Source: Eledone cirrhosa (taxonomy: Eukaryota). Taken from it: a stretch of 64,000 bases of DNA. The notes under the pieces are model-generated. The model searched no databases, was not told the DNA's origin, and saw nothing but the letters and a program-made list of their open reading frames with translations. A program made the position numbers and the translations under genes. This document shows positions 48,419 through 62,173 of this stretch, piece after piece. The stretch covers positions 389,918,001 through 389,982,000 of the forward strand of contig OZ024741.1 of NCBI GenBank assembly GCA_964016885.1, written 5' to 3'. How positions within the stretch are numbered: the stretch's first letter is position 1; the number at the start of each line of letters is the position of its first letter.

Positions 48419-49071
48419 CAGTGGCTATAAAAGCATATAAAGTATTTCAAGCTCATTAATCCAATGTCAGTGATGTTTATCCACTCGATACTGAGATAAG
48501 AACATAGTAGTATGGATTAATGATTTCACAGTCTCACATGGTTACTGAGGTAGCTGTGACATGATCTCAGTTTAAAATAATCACTACAAGACTTACCATA
48601 TATACTCAAATATATGCTACCTGCTATTTTGTCTGAGAAATAGGTAAAAGTACAAACCCCATTTATAAGATGAAACAAGTAATCAAAACATTATGTTTAA
48701 ATGGTGTGGTTTTGAAATTCTCATGAGAGGAGATTAAATTTATGAAGTTTTTATATTTTGATATTTAAAATGTTTTAAGTGTTTTTTAGAGTATAGTTTT
48801 TGTTTATCAACTCCATTACGTGATGATTTTTTACCAATTTCCAACTGTTTTGAAGATCATATTCATTCAAAACACATAAAAAAACAATAGGAAATTTGAA
48901 TTCCTCAGACCAGTATAATATTTACCTCTAAGGCGAAAATATTTTAGCATCTCATTTACGTTGAATTTTGAAGTTGGTGGAAATCAGCAAAATATTGACC
49001 TCGAATATAAGCCAACCCCCATTTTAACTTCAAATTTTTTGCCACTTATTTCTTGGTTTATATATGAGTGT

Positions 49072-49593
49072 CTTAGTCTTAGATTCTTCCGCGCCGTTCG
49101 ATGCATCGAGCAGTAAGTACTCGCCAACGGTCGCGATCAGCGGCAACTTTTTCGAGACTGTGCCAGGTGATGTTCACTGCCATCAGGTCCTCCAGAACGT
49201 TCGTCACCAGATGATCCTTGGGCAACCCTGCCCCCTTTTACCGCCAGGCAGAGTCCAGTTCATCGCTGTTTTCGAATGCCGTTCATTTGGCAGACGCAGA
49301 ATATGGCTCTGTGACCGCTCTCTGTAGCGTCCACGACTCGGCTCGCCGCAGGATCTCCTCGTTTCGCACTCGGTTGCACCAGGACACACAAAGGATCTTT
49401 CGCAGGCACCGCTGGTGGAATGCGTTCAGCCGTCTCTCTATTTTTGCCATACTCTTCCAGGTCTCACTCGCATAAAGCACTGTCGGCAGCACGATGCTCT
49501 TGTACAGGTGGGGCTTGGTCTTGGTGCTAATGCATGAAGACGACCAGACTGGGCACAGCCGCTGGAAAACTGCGGCTCCTTTGCCGATCCAAC
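49072..49593 (-). mobile_element. GC-rich RTE-type LINE 3' fragment
   Basis: LYKSIVLPTVLYASETW..RLNAFHQRCLRKIL, HILRLPNER, GKRGQGCPRIIW. Confidence 0.8.
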
Positions 49594-49641
49594 AGTATAT
49601 ACAGTATATATGTTTATTATACATAAACATATTGTATATAC

Positions 49642-49680
<39 letters not shown>

Positions 49681-50218
49681 CCTCTATTTATCTTTGTTAA
49701 TACAACTTTAACAGTTATTGCTTGTTCTGTTGATGCTAATAATGTCTGATGGTGTTTAATTTCCCAGAGAATTGTAATTAATTTATTTCCTATTTCCATG
49801 AGATGTAACAATATTCCTTTGTTGGTGCTAAACAGTCATAAGAAGAGCCAATAACATGTATGTCAATTGTTCTGATTCAAAAGAATCAATGTGTATATAG
49901 TCTGATAGCATTTTATCTTGCATATTAAATTAATGGCAGGACAAATGGCTTGCTGGGGTAATAAATATATAAATAGGGAAGTAAAACTCAGTGAGAAGCT
50001 TTGTTGTATATCATGCTGGGGAAGAGGATCAACTTCTTTAATTCTTCTTCAAACATCTCTTCCCTGCCTCACACATTTACAGATGATAGTATTAACACCA
50101 GGAGCTGAAGAATATCATTTATACTAATAAGCAAAATCTAAAATTAAAAGGAAACTATATATATAAATATATATACATTTATATATATAAAAGCAGACGT
50201 AAAATGAATGATGATGAT

Positions 50219-50252
<34 letters not shown>

Positions 50253-52462
50253 TGAGAGAGAGAGGGAGAGATGTGTCTGTCTGTATATATATATATAGAG
50301 AGAGAGAGAGCAAGAGGTGTGTGTGTGTATTTCTGATTGCCTTTTGCATACATATATACACATACACACACATACACACAGCAGCATCTAGTTAATAAAT
50401 GCTAATAATCTTTGTCATCTTTCTTCTTTACCTCTGTCTATACATCATCTATATTTAAAATTTACATATACATACATGCATACACACAAAAATAATATAT
50501 ATATCATCATCATCATCATCATCGTTTAACATCTATCTTCCATGCTAGCATGGGTTAGACAGGAGTTGTCCAACTTGAGGCAGGATTGGTCGGGTGACCG
50601 TGTCTCACTCACATAGGACTATCTGGTAGGTTTTCTACGGTTGGATGCCCTTCCTAACACCAACTACATTTACAGTGTGGACTGCAAGCTTTTTACTGTG
50701 TTACCTACACGGCCACATTACAGTATGGACTGTTTTTTTTTGTTTTTTTTTCCCTTCCTTTTCTTTTTCCCTTCTCTCTCTTTCTATATATATATACACA
50801 CATTAAAACAACAACAGAAGGCCTGACTGGAAAATTTACTTTAGAATTTTAATTCCGCGAAATCACTGTACATATTTTAATGCCTAGTTCCATCATCCGA
50901 TTATGATGCAAGACAAGGCAATCTCATCAGGCGTCATCTGCAGAATTATATCACAGGATGTCATTGAACCCAAACATATAATGGAGGATAGAATATAGAG
51001 ATAAAAATAGTAGATTGAAAATAGGAAATTTGATTTGGAGACAGCCTGCATATATGGTGTTATATCAATATCAGCCAGTCCCCGAATGACACCTTTAGAG
51101 AATACCATTCTTTGATTATAATTGTGGTTACACTGTCACAGAGATCAAAATATATTAATCTATCAGTCGTCTTTCAGACAAGTCAGTCTACTGTGATGAT
51201 ACTTAAAGGGGAGCAGAGCTATGTAAAATTGATGGCAGGGTACAGCGTGGCCAACTGGCCAGATCCTCCTCATAATGGCTCTACTCAGGACCCCACCATA
51301 AGTAAGGCATGGTGCAGCCAACTGGCCAGATCTCCCTCATAATTCTTTTATGACGAAGGCTTGGCACGACCAACTGACCCAACCTGGCTCATAGTGGGAC
51401 ACCTAGATCCCAAATTATGGTTGTGACATGAGCAGGGTGAGGCCAACTAGCCGGAACCTCCCCCTAACAGTGTCATCCAGTTCCACACTGTAAATGTAGT
51501 TAGTGTTAAGAAAGACATCCAGCTGTAAAAATCCCAGCAAAATTTACAGTTCCATCTGAGCAAGGTATGACCAACTGGCCAGACATGTCTCTTGATGTGG
51601 GCAACCCATTTAACCCATGTAAGCAGATGATAAGAGAAGACAAGTAAAAGAGAAAACAACTGTATTGGATGCATTGTCTGGTTTACAGTATGAAGCAAGA
51701 CCATTGTGTGTGTGTGACAAAAGAAAATAAAACAGTAAAAAAAATCTTCCAGATACACCAGATTCTTTGTTTAACCAATCATGCATAGTATTTGAAGATT
51801 TCCAGGTGTTCCCACTCGTGAACAAGCAACATATAACAGTCCATGGGTAAAAAGTGATTTCCTTGTATTCAATCCTCCAACTTTGAAACTCTAAGCCTGA
51901 GCTTTATTTATGGTCATAGCAAAACTGGCTCTAACAGGGAATTGTTAGAGCCAGTTTTTCATAGATATAGATATAGATAATTATATATAAATGTGTGTGC
52001 ATTCGAATTGGAGATGCTGGCTGTAAAACACGACCATCACTGACAACAAACGCGCAGAGAGAATCCCTTATGGTTGATTCCCAACCTGCTAGAAATAGCA
52101 GTCAGGGTGGTTACAGGACCTGGGATGTTTTTCTTCGTCTTTGACGTTATAAAATTAGTATCAATAAACCTTCCTGGATATACCCCTATTCCATTGCTGT
52201 ACTTACTTTTCAATTCTCAGTTTTCGTTTTTGTGTGATGCGCGAAGGAACCAACCAACTAACATCCCTCTTTTATATTATGTATAGATTATCTATATATC
52301 TATATCTATCTATAATATAAAACATTGGAACTTCCATCATCCTTATTCTATTGCTGTACTTCCTTTTCGATTGTCACTTGTCATTTTTGTGTAATGCACG
52401 AAGGAATCAACCAACAAACATCTCTATTTTATATTATGATGATAATGATGATGATATATATA

Positions 52463-52660
52463 TTTAATATAGAAATGGCTTCTACAGGACTTGAACTGTT
52501 TCATTCGAAGGAAATCATCAGGGCTTTCCTGATGATTTCCTTCAAATTAAACAGTTTTAGTCCTGTAGAAGCCATTTCTATATTAAACATTTATACTCTG
52601 CTATGTATTGAGTACCTTACTTACTGTGGTTCCCTCGTTAAACCCAGGATACACAGAGTA
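52463..52660 (+). mobile_element. Fold-back PLE-like remnant with a hammerhead motif in each arm
   Basis: Arms 52463-52522 and 52528-52587; consensus GCTTTC CTGATGA T TTC CTTC GAA T GAAA CAG..CTG TA GAAGC; tail shared with 29633-29700. Confidence 0.75.
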
Positions 52661-53714
52661 TGAATTGGTTTATTTACTGGGTAATGTTTATTATGCTGAA
52701 CAGGAATTGAATAGAGATAAATATCAGTTGAAAGTGTAACATTCTCATTCTTTTAAACTGTAGTTATGTTATTGCTTAGTAGCCCCAGGTCTGCCCTCAT
52801 TCATGATACATATGATCAATGACTTTTCAGCTTTGACCATTCCATCTTTTTGCTGACCTCCTATATCCTGCGCTACATAATCCAATGTATTTTTATGGTA
52901 GTAAGTTGTGTATTTGGGGAGATTTTGTTGTGATTTCTAGTGTATCAAACATCTTTAGTTTTCATCCAGGTAGCACATGTATAAATATCCAGTTGAGAGA
53001 ATCTCTCTGTTTATATTGAAAACTCTGTACCTGGAAAGTCCCTTTCCAATGTGTGGCTCAGGGCAGGAGTTTTTTAATAGAAAAACCAGCAGTTGCCTAT
53101 GCATACAAGTTTCTCATCTCCATGCCACAGATACAGTTTAAGGGAAAGGCAAGTGCCAATGCAGCTTAACACTGGTGTCATTGCAAGCAATGCTGTCAGA
53201 ATACAAAGAGCTAGAATATATGCGACAAGATATCTCCCCAAAGAACAGATGAACTCCTCAGAACCAATGGCCATCCACTCAACTATGGGTTAAATAACCT
53301 CACCAACCCACAATTGGCAAAGCATGGTGAGTATGGCTACAGCCCTGGAGACATGACCAAACTAAACAGAAAACAGTGGAGGTCAACCAGGGAGGGGTAC
53401 TTCCAACAGGAGTGAGAAGGCCCTGGATTGGATTGGATTTCATCTAACACACTAACAATTCTGTCAATCTACTGCCCTGGACAAGTACTTTATTTATTAA
53501 TTTCCAAAGGATAATAGACAAAGTTTACCTCAGCTGGATTTGAACTCAGATCACAGAATGCCGGAATATATACCACATGATATTCTTTCCAATGCTCTAA
53601 TCTTTCTCATAATTCACTGATTATGAATATATAATATAATTAAGATTTATGCCATAAAGATATGTTTGTGTGATGGTAATATGTTTGTACATGTATATTG
53701 TACATATATGTGTT

Positions 53715-54058
53715 GGAGGCACATGGCTTAGTGGTTAGAGCATTGGCCTTGCAATCAAAAGGTTGTGAGTTCAATTCTCAGACCGGGTGATGTGTTGTTT
53801 CCTTGAGCAAGACACTTTATTTCACATTGCTCCAGTTTACTCAGCTGTAGAAATGAGATGATAGGGACTGGGGTCCCTATCATTCCACTGCAAAGTGGGC
53901 GTGTAGGTGCCACGGCAAAAAAGCACCCAGCATTCACTGTAAATGAGGTTGGTGTTAGGAAGGGCATCCAGCTGTAGAAATCAAGCCAGAATCAGTTCCC
54001 GTCCCACCCTTGCAAGCAGGGAAAAAGCGGACGTAAAAATGAAATGATGATGATGATG
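53715..54058 (+). mobile_element. SINE family A copy
   Basis: Near-identical to 5597-5943. Confidence 0.85.
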
Positions 54059-55503
54059 TGTGTGTGTGTGTATGTACAGCTGCACACTCACTCACATAAT
54101 TACACATTAGCAGTTGTTCTACTGTTTGTTGACAGCTATTACAATGGCTACTCTGCAGTAGTTACACTAGGCCTATGTATCAATTACAATGTGCAGTCAT
54201 ATATAAACAACACTGGCTCATGGCATTGAATTACCCACTTAAAAAAGAAATGGAGATTATTGTTGTCATTACACCAACATCAATATCAGAAATGTAAGAT
54301 GAGAAAAGCTCTTTTCTTTCTATGATATTTGATTTAGTTCCATATATTAGGAAACCTTATAGTTAATGTTCATACAGGAAAAATTGCTTTGCCTCTTATC
54401 TTGAACTGGGGCTGGGTGAGATTAAGGGGTCATATTTCTTTGTAATTTATAGGAGCAAACCATGTTTTAGTTATTAAATTGCATCCTTATACAAAATATA
54501 TTTCTCTAGATTTCTCAAATTTTATACCTGTAATTATATATATATATATGTGTATTTTCGGTTTTTCTTACTATAAGAGTAAGGGAGAACCATTTTCAAA
54601 TGAGTGAGTACTCAATGCAAAATAGTAAAGAATACACAGTTATTTGACATAATTTATTCTGGGAAAGGAATGTTCCTGTTTTACTCAACAATAAGCTAAT
54701 CAGTTCATTGTCAAGTGAAACTAGAAAATATATATATTTTTTGTCAAGAAAATTATGTCATGAGAGCTTGTGGCTATGAATTCAGTATTTGAACTTCCCG
54801 CTAAACACGGTGTCTAGCAGCAGTTGACTATTCAACTTCCTCCTCTTCTGATGTCACATGTTGCTACTGGCTTGTAACTACTACATACCAGTAGTAATTG
54901 TTGACTTGAACTATGAGGCACGTGTACAAAAGTTTCTTGATGTTCAGAAGGACTTTCCTGCCAATGAAGTGATGTGGAATTGGTTGTATAATATATGCAT
55001 GGTATAACCACTGTGAATGACAGGTGCTGCTACACATATCTGATCACTCCATTCTCACAGAAACTAAATTTAGTCCAGGAAATGTTGGTATTCAATTTAC
55101 CACTACCTACATGCAGTCATCTCCATTACAAATAACGTATTTAGTGTGCACTTTGAAGTATAGTTTTGTTCATTCCCACATTCAAATCTTGTATCTCATT
55201 GAGTGAGTAATGGACTGGTCGGGGCTATCTCTATTCTGCTGACTTTGTTATATATATATATAAAACAAAATACCAAGTCTGTTAATTGTACATTTAATTG
55301 ACTGACATATGTGGACCGACATAGAAATTTTGTTTTGTATATATGCTCTGTGAAAAACATAACCATACAGTGATTGAATCATACCCATTGGATTAATTCC
55401 TGATGCTCTACACCCTTTGCAACTGTTGATTATCAATTTGCATTGAGCTTAAGTTTTACTTTGTCAAACATATAGTTGTTTTCTCAACTTGTCTGAACTT
55501 ATT

Positions 55504-55533
<30 letters not shown>

Positions 55534-55535
<2 letters not shown>

Positions 55536-55898
55536 ATAATAATGAAATTATTGTGTAAAGTGCTCAGGTGCACTACAACTCGTCAAAGGTGTATGTATAG
55601 TACATAGAATAATACACAAATGTCAGGGAAGTACATGTGTGTAAGTGTTAGCTGTAGTGTTGGCGGATCTCGGGAAGCATGGAGGCCTTAAAGGATGCAG
55701 TGTCTCGACAGTTAACAACTGATGCAGGTAGTTTGTTCCATGCTTCAGCAACTCTGAGCGTGAAAAAATGTTTCCGAAAGTCATGGGAACTGTGCTGTTT
55801 TCTTACTTTGTGGGCATGTCCACGTGTGTTAGACACATGGAAATCAAAAAGGTACTCAGGGTTGTTGTTGGCAACATGGTTAACAATTTTGTGGGTGT
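55534..55898 (-). mobile_element. CR1 LINE 3' fragment
   Basis: THKIVNH..SNTRGHAHKVRKQHSSHDFRKHFFTLRVAEAWNKLP, the same family as 42012-43504. Confidence 0.88.
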
Positions 55899-55902
55899 TA
55901 TA

Positions 55903-56075
55903 TATCCTGGGTTGAATTGGAGGTAACCACAGTAATAAATCCATCCCAATCGCCACCTTCCCCTACCACCAGTAAATGTTTAAATACCACCATATCACAA
56001 TGACAGTCAGCTTTCCTGATGATCTTCGAATGAAACAGTTCTAATCCTGTAGAACCCATTTCTATATTAAAAAAA
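55903..56075. mobile_element. Third member of the 29575/52463 family, with a hammerhead motif at 56010-56056(+)
   Basis: The left end is the reverse complement of the family tail. The right part reads GCTTTC CTGATGA TCTTCGAAT GAAA CAG TTCTAATC CTG TA GAAC..TCTATATTAAA, then (TA)n. Confidence 0.7.
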
Positions 56076-56171
56076 AATATATATATATATATCAACCCTA
56101 CTGTGTGTCAAAAGGGTTAGCCATTCAATTTTGTATCAAGGGAATCTATTTTCACTATGTATGCTGCTCAA

Positions 56172-56436
56172 CCCTTTCTTTACAATATTTTTTATGAAAA
56201 AATTGTCTATGATTCTCAAATAATTTTGAAAATAATTTGGAAGGATTTTGTAATTTAATTAATTTTGTAATCTAATTAACATTATTATTATTATTCTGGT
56301 ATTTTAAGTATAACTAGATTAATGTTCTTCGATGAAATTACGATGGAAGGTTTTTATATAGATATAAGCACTTTAAAATAAGCAACTTTATATCAAAGAA
56401 CTGGGGGTAGTTTTGAGCAGTTTGGTATCAGAAGGG
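56172..56436. mobile_element. Probable piggyBac-type MITE (older)
   Basis: TCAA|CCCTTTCTTTAC ... GTATCAGAAGGG|TTAA imperfect TIRs. Confidence 0.55.
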
Positions 56437-56689
56437 TTAAAGTCTGCTTATATCTCATATAAATGAAAGATTATGGGAAAATATGAGAAAACAAAAACTG
56501 AACTGAAACACTGTTGCAAAGGCACTACCCCAGTGGTGTAAGCATGTATGAATAAAGATTTATGCTGATTTGAGAAAAGAAAAAACTTGTTAATTCTTCA
56601 TTTATATAAGTTTTTTGTAGAATTTATGTAGCATACATAATACATGAGGTTTTGCTTTTCCTGTAGCAACAAATGGAAAGAAACTAAGC

Positions 56690-57240
56690 TACATAGAAGG
56701 CAGGCCCAGAGCAATGTAGCTTGTTGTTATGGCTACCAAAGTCCTATCTATAAGCCAAACTCACTATCTTCTATTCAGTATCCATGCCAACTCTTACCTA
56801 TGGTCACGAATCTTGGATAATGACCGAAAGAATTTGATCGCGAATACAAGCAACCAAAATGGGGTTCCTCTGAAGGGTCTTTGGCGTAATGTTACTCAAT
56901 AGAATGTGTAGCTTGGAGATCAGAGAGTCACTCCAGATAGAGCCACTACTTCTCCAAATTGAGAGATCACAGCTCTGATACTATGGGCAAGTGATTAGAA
57001 TGTCTCAGGAAAGAATCACTCGACAGATTTCTTACAGGCAAAACCAATAGGTAGGAGACACAGGGGTACACCCCAAGTAAGATTGTTGAATAACATCCAT
57101 GAGTTTGGCCAGTCTCTCTTGAGGATCCAGCTGGATCAGTTGGAAACGGTTGCTTCTGACAGGAGCCACTAGAAGGACTCTGTCTCTACAACCCTCTCAG
57201 GAATAAGTGGGCAAAGGAGGAGAAGAAGAAGATGATGATG
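56690..57240 (+). mobile_element. Decayed RTE LINE 3' fragment (distinct family)
   Basis: PTLTYGHESWIMTERI*SRIQA..MGFL; ends in GAAGAAGATGATGATG. Confidence 0.65.
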
Positions 57241-59480
57241 GCGACATACATGCACATAGAACAATGTACCAGCCTGCCTTCTATGTGCAACATGCTAATT
57301 GGCAGTGAAACTGAAACAGCTTCAAAAGATAATGATAGATTGATAGATTCCCCTGCTGTGTACCTGAGGTTTCTGGGGCCTGGAAATTATCCTTCTGTTG
57401 CAACACTTCTTTTTCTACCACATGTGTGTTTTAGCTGCCATTAACAATGAACAACATTGAATAGAATACTCATCCTGGAAACATAACAGCAAATTTATAT
57501 ATATAACCCATTACTTAAGAAGGTGGCATATTAACTGAGTTGTTAAAATGTCAGATAGAATGCTTTGTCGTATTTGTTCCAGTTCTCTACTCTCTGAGTT
57601 CAAATCCCATCAAGGTCAACTTTGCCTATCATCCTTTCAAGGTCGATAAAAAAAAAGTACCAGTTTAATACTGGGTCGATTCTTCCTTTATATTTCTTTC
57701 TCATTTCCATTCTCTCCCTTTCTATCCTTCTCTGAAAGAAATCTGCTGTGTTCAGACCTGGAGAGGGATGGGCTCTGCTAGGCTTAAAATTCCCAAGAAA
57801 TGCCATATGCCCCTACAGCACCCTTAAGACTCCATAAGGAGGTAGGGGACCATACCCATTACTTAGAATTTCTTGCTGTGACCACATCACAAATGAAGAG
57901 GCTGGGGAAAAGGCCAAGCTAAGTAATATATGGAATGCAGAATACCATGAGCATAAGATGGTGGAATATGCTTAGAGGCTGTGTGCTATGCATGCCTACA
58001 AAGAGACCAGTGAGCGCTGCACTTAGGTGGAAGTCAAGGAGTGTGTAGGAGGTGAGGTAGACATGTCAAACCTGGGTAAGGTCTGTGCAAAAATTTATGG
58101 AAGACATAAGCCCTGGTCTGGGAGGAGGTTTGAAACGGGACTTATGTTGAGAGAAGATCTCTCATCACCCAATTCTCCATAGGGAGCATAACAAACTAAT
58201 TAACTCTCAGTTACTTAACACCATAGAAACCAAGCATCAGCCTGATGAGCCTTTGAGCTCAAGACAGACTTTAGACTTTTTTAGTTTTCTGAACCACTTG
58301 GGTGCCTTGCTTTTATGCTATTTCTAATATAAACACTAAAATGTGAAAAGTAACATGAAATTTAACATAAAATCTAAAAATGATCTAAAGTCTGTCTTGA
58401 GCCCGGAGGCCCATCAGACTGGTGCTTATCCTAGTTTTTGTGGCATTAAGTAACTGAGAGTCCAAGACTCCCTCTGGATAGGATGCTAGTCCATTGCAGA
58501 GTTAAGCCCCCACTTACTGTTGGTACTCATTTTCAGCTGAGTATACTGGAGCAACATGAAATGAAATATTTTGTTCAAAAGCACAACACCCAACCCTGTC
58601 CCGTAATTGAACCCATGACATTATGATCATAATTTCAACACACCACTAATCCATGCACCTCCACATAACACTGCTTATTATTCTAGTTTCAATTGATTTT
58701 ATTTAATAAAAGACATGATCATGGATGTCTCTGATTACAATCTGAATAGCCAAACATTTAAATATTTTTTAGAATGTCATTCAAATAATTAAATGTTTCT
58801 GGGACACTGAAAATAATATCTGTTTGAATACTATTGAATACTAAATGGCACATATCATATATGGCTGTGACCATGTTTAAACCATATTCATTTTTATGCA
58901 GTTACCTGACGACCTACTTTGTTTATTTAGTTACTTCTTCACTCAGTCTTTTCTTTGTTGCTAATTTTAATGCATACGTTTGCATTTGTTATGTGACGTT
59001 AGCAGCCTCTATGGTCATTCAATGTTGTTACCACTATGTTTCCTTCTAGAATGTTTTCAAGAAAATTTTTAGTCTGTTTTATATAGAAAATGTGACATGT
59101 TTATTACATAAGAGAATCACTAAACAAAAAAATAAAAATAATAAATAAAATGACTTCTGCCATATCTCAGATCTTTAAAACAATCAAATGTTTTTTGCTA
59201 AGTAGAACACATTATACATGCATGCATAGCTGGAGGGTGGTGTGTATGTATGAATGTATGTGTGTGTGTTCTGGTTTTATAATTTTATAAATGTTTACCA
59301 ATAGAGAAAGAGTCTGTTTCTAACATAGATACAAGAATCTTTCAATTTAGGCATCGGCTAGGTAGATCTGTCTGCATGCATACGTGTGTGTGTGCAGGTA
59401 TGGATATGACTATGTGTGGATGTGGACGTTTTGAGGTATATTTGTGCATGTGCATATGTTTTATATCTGTATATGCAGTT

Positions 59481-61780
59481 ATTACATGCAGAATTTTTGG
59501 AATGTTTTACATATTTTTACTGTTCCATTAATGGATTGTACTTGTAATTTCCTAACTAATCATGTTCTTTCTGGTTCTGTGAATCCCAGCTTCTCAAGAT
59601 TTGTATAGGGGCAGTTACTAACATATCTTAGTGCCCCAATAATCACAGGTATAAATCTGAAGGTATAGATATTCTCGTTTTGGCTAATCTTTAATATTAT
59701 ATTGGCATCTGCTGGGCAGCTAACTTCCACTACTGTGCATGCCTTCTTTTCCCTGTCCCATATCATAATATCTGGTCTGTTATGCTTACATTTTATTGGG
59801 GTTTTGGCTGGAACATTCCACCAGTACTCTTTCATATTATATATGTATATATCTTCCACATTGCTGTAACTTTTAATGTGTTTTGTATTGGGGCTATCTT
59901 TTCTACGGATTGCTTTGTACAGTGTTTTGGCCACTGCATCATGCCTCATAGGTAGATAGTACCGTGATGACATCTTTGGACAGTTGCTTATGACATGGGT
60001 GACATCTTCGTGCAGAGTCTGCATTTGTCACATCTAGGTGTTTTGCCTGCATCCTTATTGCTTTCATAAATCAGGTATTTTTTATTGATTTCCTGTTCTT
60101 GGATTGCAAAAGTGTATCCTTCAAAGTGGGAGCCAATATAGCGGTTGTTGGTCCAAGATAGACTACTTTCCTTATCTATATTACTCTCACTCTGGAGCCT
60201 CCTGGCAACATATCCATGCATGATTTTTTTTTACTGATAAGCATGCAGTTTTTCATCCATGGATTCGCTGCGATGTTGCTAGGCAATTTCCCTGGGTGTC
60301 AGTTTTTGATTATTATGCAGGGATTATCTTTGAAGGAGCTCCTTCCCAACTCTCATGATCTTATCTGTCTCATGCAGACAGACTTGCTCGATAGATAGGC
60401 TCCTACACTTGGAGGAATGTGATGTGACACTCAAATGCTGTCCTGGCTGATGTTAGGCTTCTGCCTCCCTGCTTACGTTTCATGTGGAGGCGGTCTATGT
60501 CACTGTTGATGTGGAAGTTTCCAGTATTGTTTAGGATTTTTCGGGTTATAACATCAATTGCTTGGATTTCGTCTATCGTCCAATCAAGTATTCCAAACAT
60601 TGGTGTTAGGACAGGCACAGCAAACACATTATGAACCACTGTCTTATTGTTCACAGAGATTTCAGATGACTATATTTTTCTTAATCAGGTGTAATATTCC
60701 CTGTTTACATATTCCTTGTTTCATATAGCATCATAGGATATATTCTCATCTGTCCCTAGGTACCTGTAGCAGTCCTCATCAGATATCGGGGAAACAGTTA
60801 GGCCATTGATAAAAATATTGCTAGACTGGCTTGTAGTTTTTCCCCTCTTTACAATCGTATATCAACATTTGTCCTGGTCAAACTCCATTTCTATATCCTT
60901 TGAAAATGTTGTAACCAGGTCAAGATTTTTCTTTGTCCTATTTATGTTCTTGGCATAAAGTTTCAGGTCATCCACAAAGAAATTATGGGTTAGGTTTATA
61001 CCACTGTCCTCCCGTGAGCCAATTAGGTATCCTTCACATTTCTTGAGCAAAAGTGACAAGGGGTTTAATGACAGAATAGATAGTAGCACAGAGAGACTCA
61101 GACTCAGAAGCTCCCGCGTCTTGCGACGCAGGAGGCAATCATAGTGTTCCACCGCGTTTGGTCAGCAGCCAGTTGCACAGCGTCCCGCCATTGTCTGTTT
61201 GTTGCTCGCAGGTCCCTCTCAACTGTCTGGCGCCAGTTCATTTTGGGTCGCCCTCTCCATCTGCTTCCCTGTGGGTTCCATTTAAGTACTTGGTTCGCCA
61301 GTCTCTCCGGGGGAAGTCTCAAAGCGTGCCCAAACCAGCCCAGGCGTCGCCTGCAGATGGCAGAAGAGACTAGCTGCTGGTTGGTGCGGTTCCTGACTTC
61401 CAGAGAGACTGTCTCCTTAAAATATACCCCTATGATATTATATTTTATCAGTAAAAATAGAGTCCTCCTTCTCTGTTTTTAACTTTAGGATAGTAGCCCA
61501 AGAAGAAGACAGCTTCTCTATGGCTCTGATAATACTGTCTGGGACTTTAGCAAGTCGAAGGGCCTCTATCATCCAAGAGTGGGGAACAGAATCAAATGCT
61601 TTCCTGTAGTCTAGTCAAACTGCAACCATATCCCTCCTAAGTTGTCACACCTCTGACATCATGGTTTTGTTAATTAGTTGTTCAGCACACCCCGAAACAG
61701 TTTTCTTCCCAGCTGTTTGCTCATCTGTGATGATGTTATTACTGTCGCAGTGATCTTGGAGAAATAGGTTCAGACAAGCT
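59481..61780 (-). mobile_element. Degenerate R4/Dong-clade LINE (RT, CCHC knuckle, restriction-like endonuclease)
   Basis: LTHNFFVDDLKLYAK; GGRSL; AIQEQEI; CRLC..EDVTHVISNC; RHDAVAK; HNRPDIMIWD; VVEVSCP; PVIIGAL; ends GTVKICKTFQKFCM*. Confidence 0.85.
61104..61410 (-). mobile_element. RTE-type LINE 3' fragment nested in the R4/Dong element
   Basis: RRRLGWFGH.LRLPPERLANQVLKWNPQG.R.RGRPKMNWRQTVERDL. Confidence 0.8.
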
Positions 61781-62134
61781 GTATGTGTGTGTGTGTGTGT
61801 GTGTATGCGTGTGTATGTATGTGTACACAGGAGCACACATACAAACTGTTATACATTAACTCTTTTACAAAAGTAAAAAAGTGAAAGTGCTCTGTAGTTA
61901 ATAATCTAGAGTGGTTGGTCATGTTAGTCTTTCGTTCTTGTCTGTTTGAAAATGTTTTCATGTATCAACATTTCTTATCTGCTTATTGATTATATTTTCA
62001 AGTAAAATTAGATTACTGATTGTTTAGTCTGATATAAACATCATCAGCAACAATAGCAACAACCAGAAATATAATAAATTGCCATGTTAACCTGACTCAT
62101 TTCTTCTTTAGTCTTGCAGTACTTTTGTTTGTTT

Positions 62135-62173
<39 letters not shown>

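Noticed and set aside
50124-50395. Short ORFs over microsatellites (also 7681-7951, 19835-20101, 35105-35448)
   Set aside because: Translations of (TA)n, (CA)n and (ATT)n tracts.
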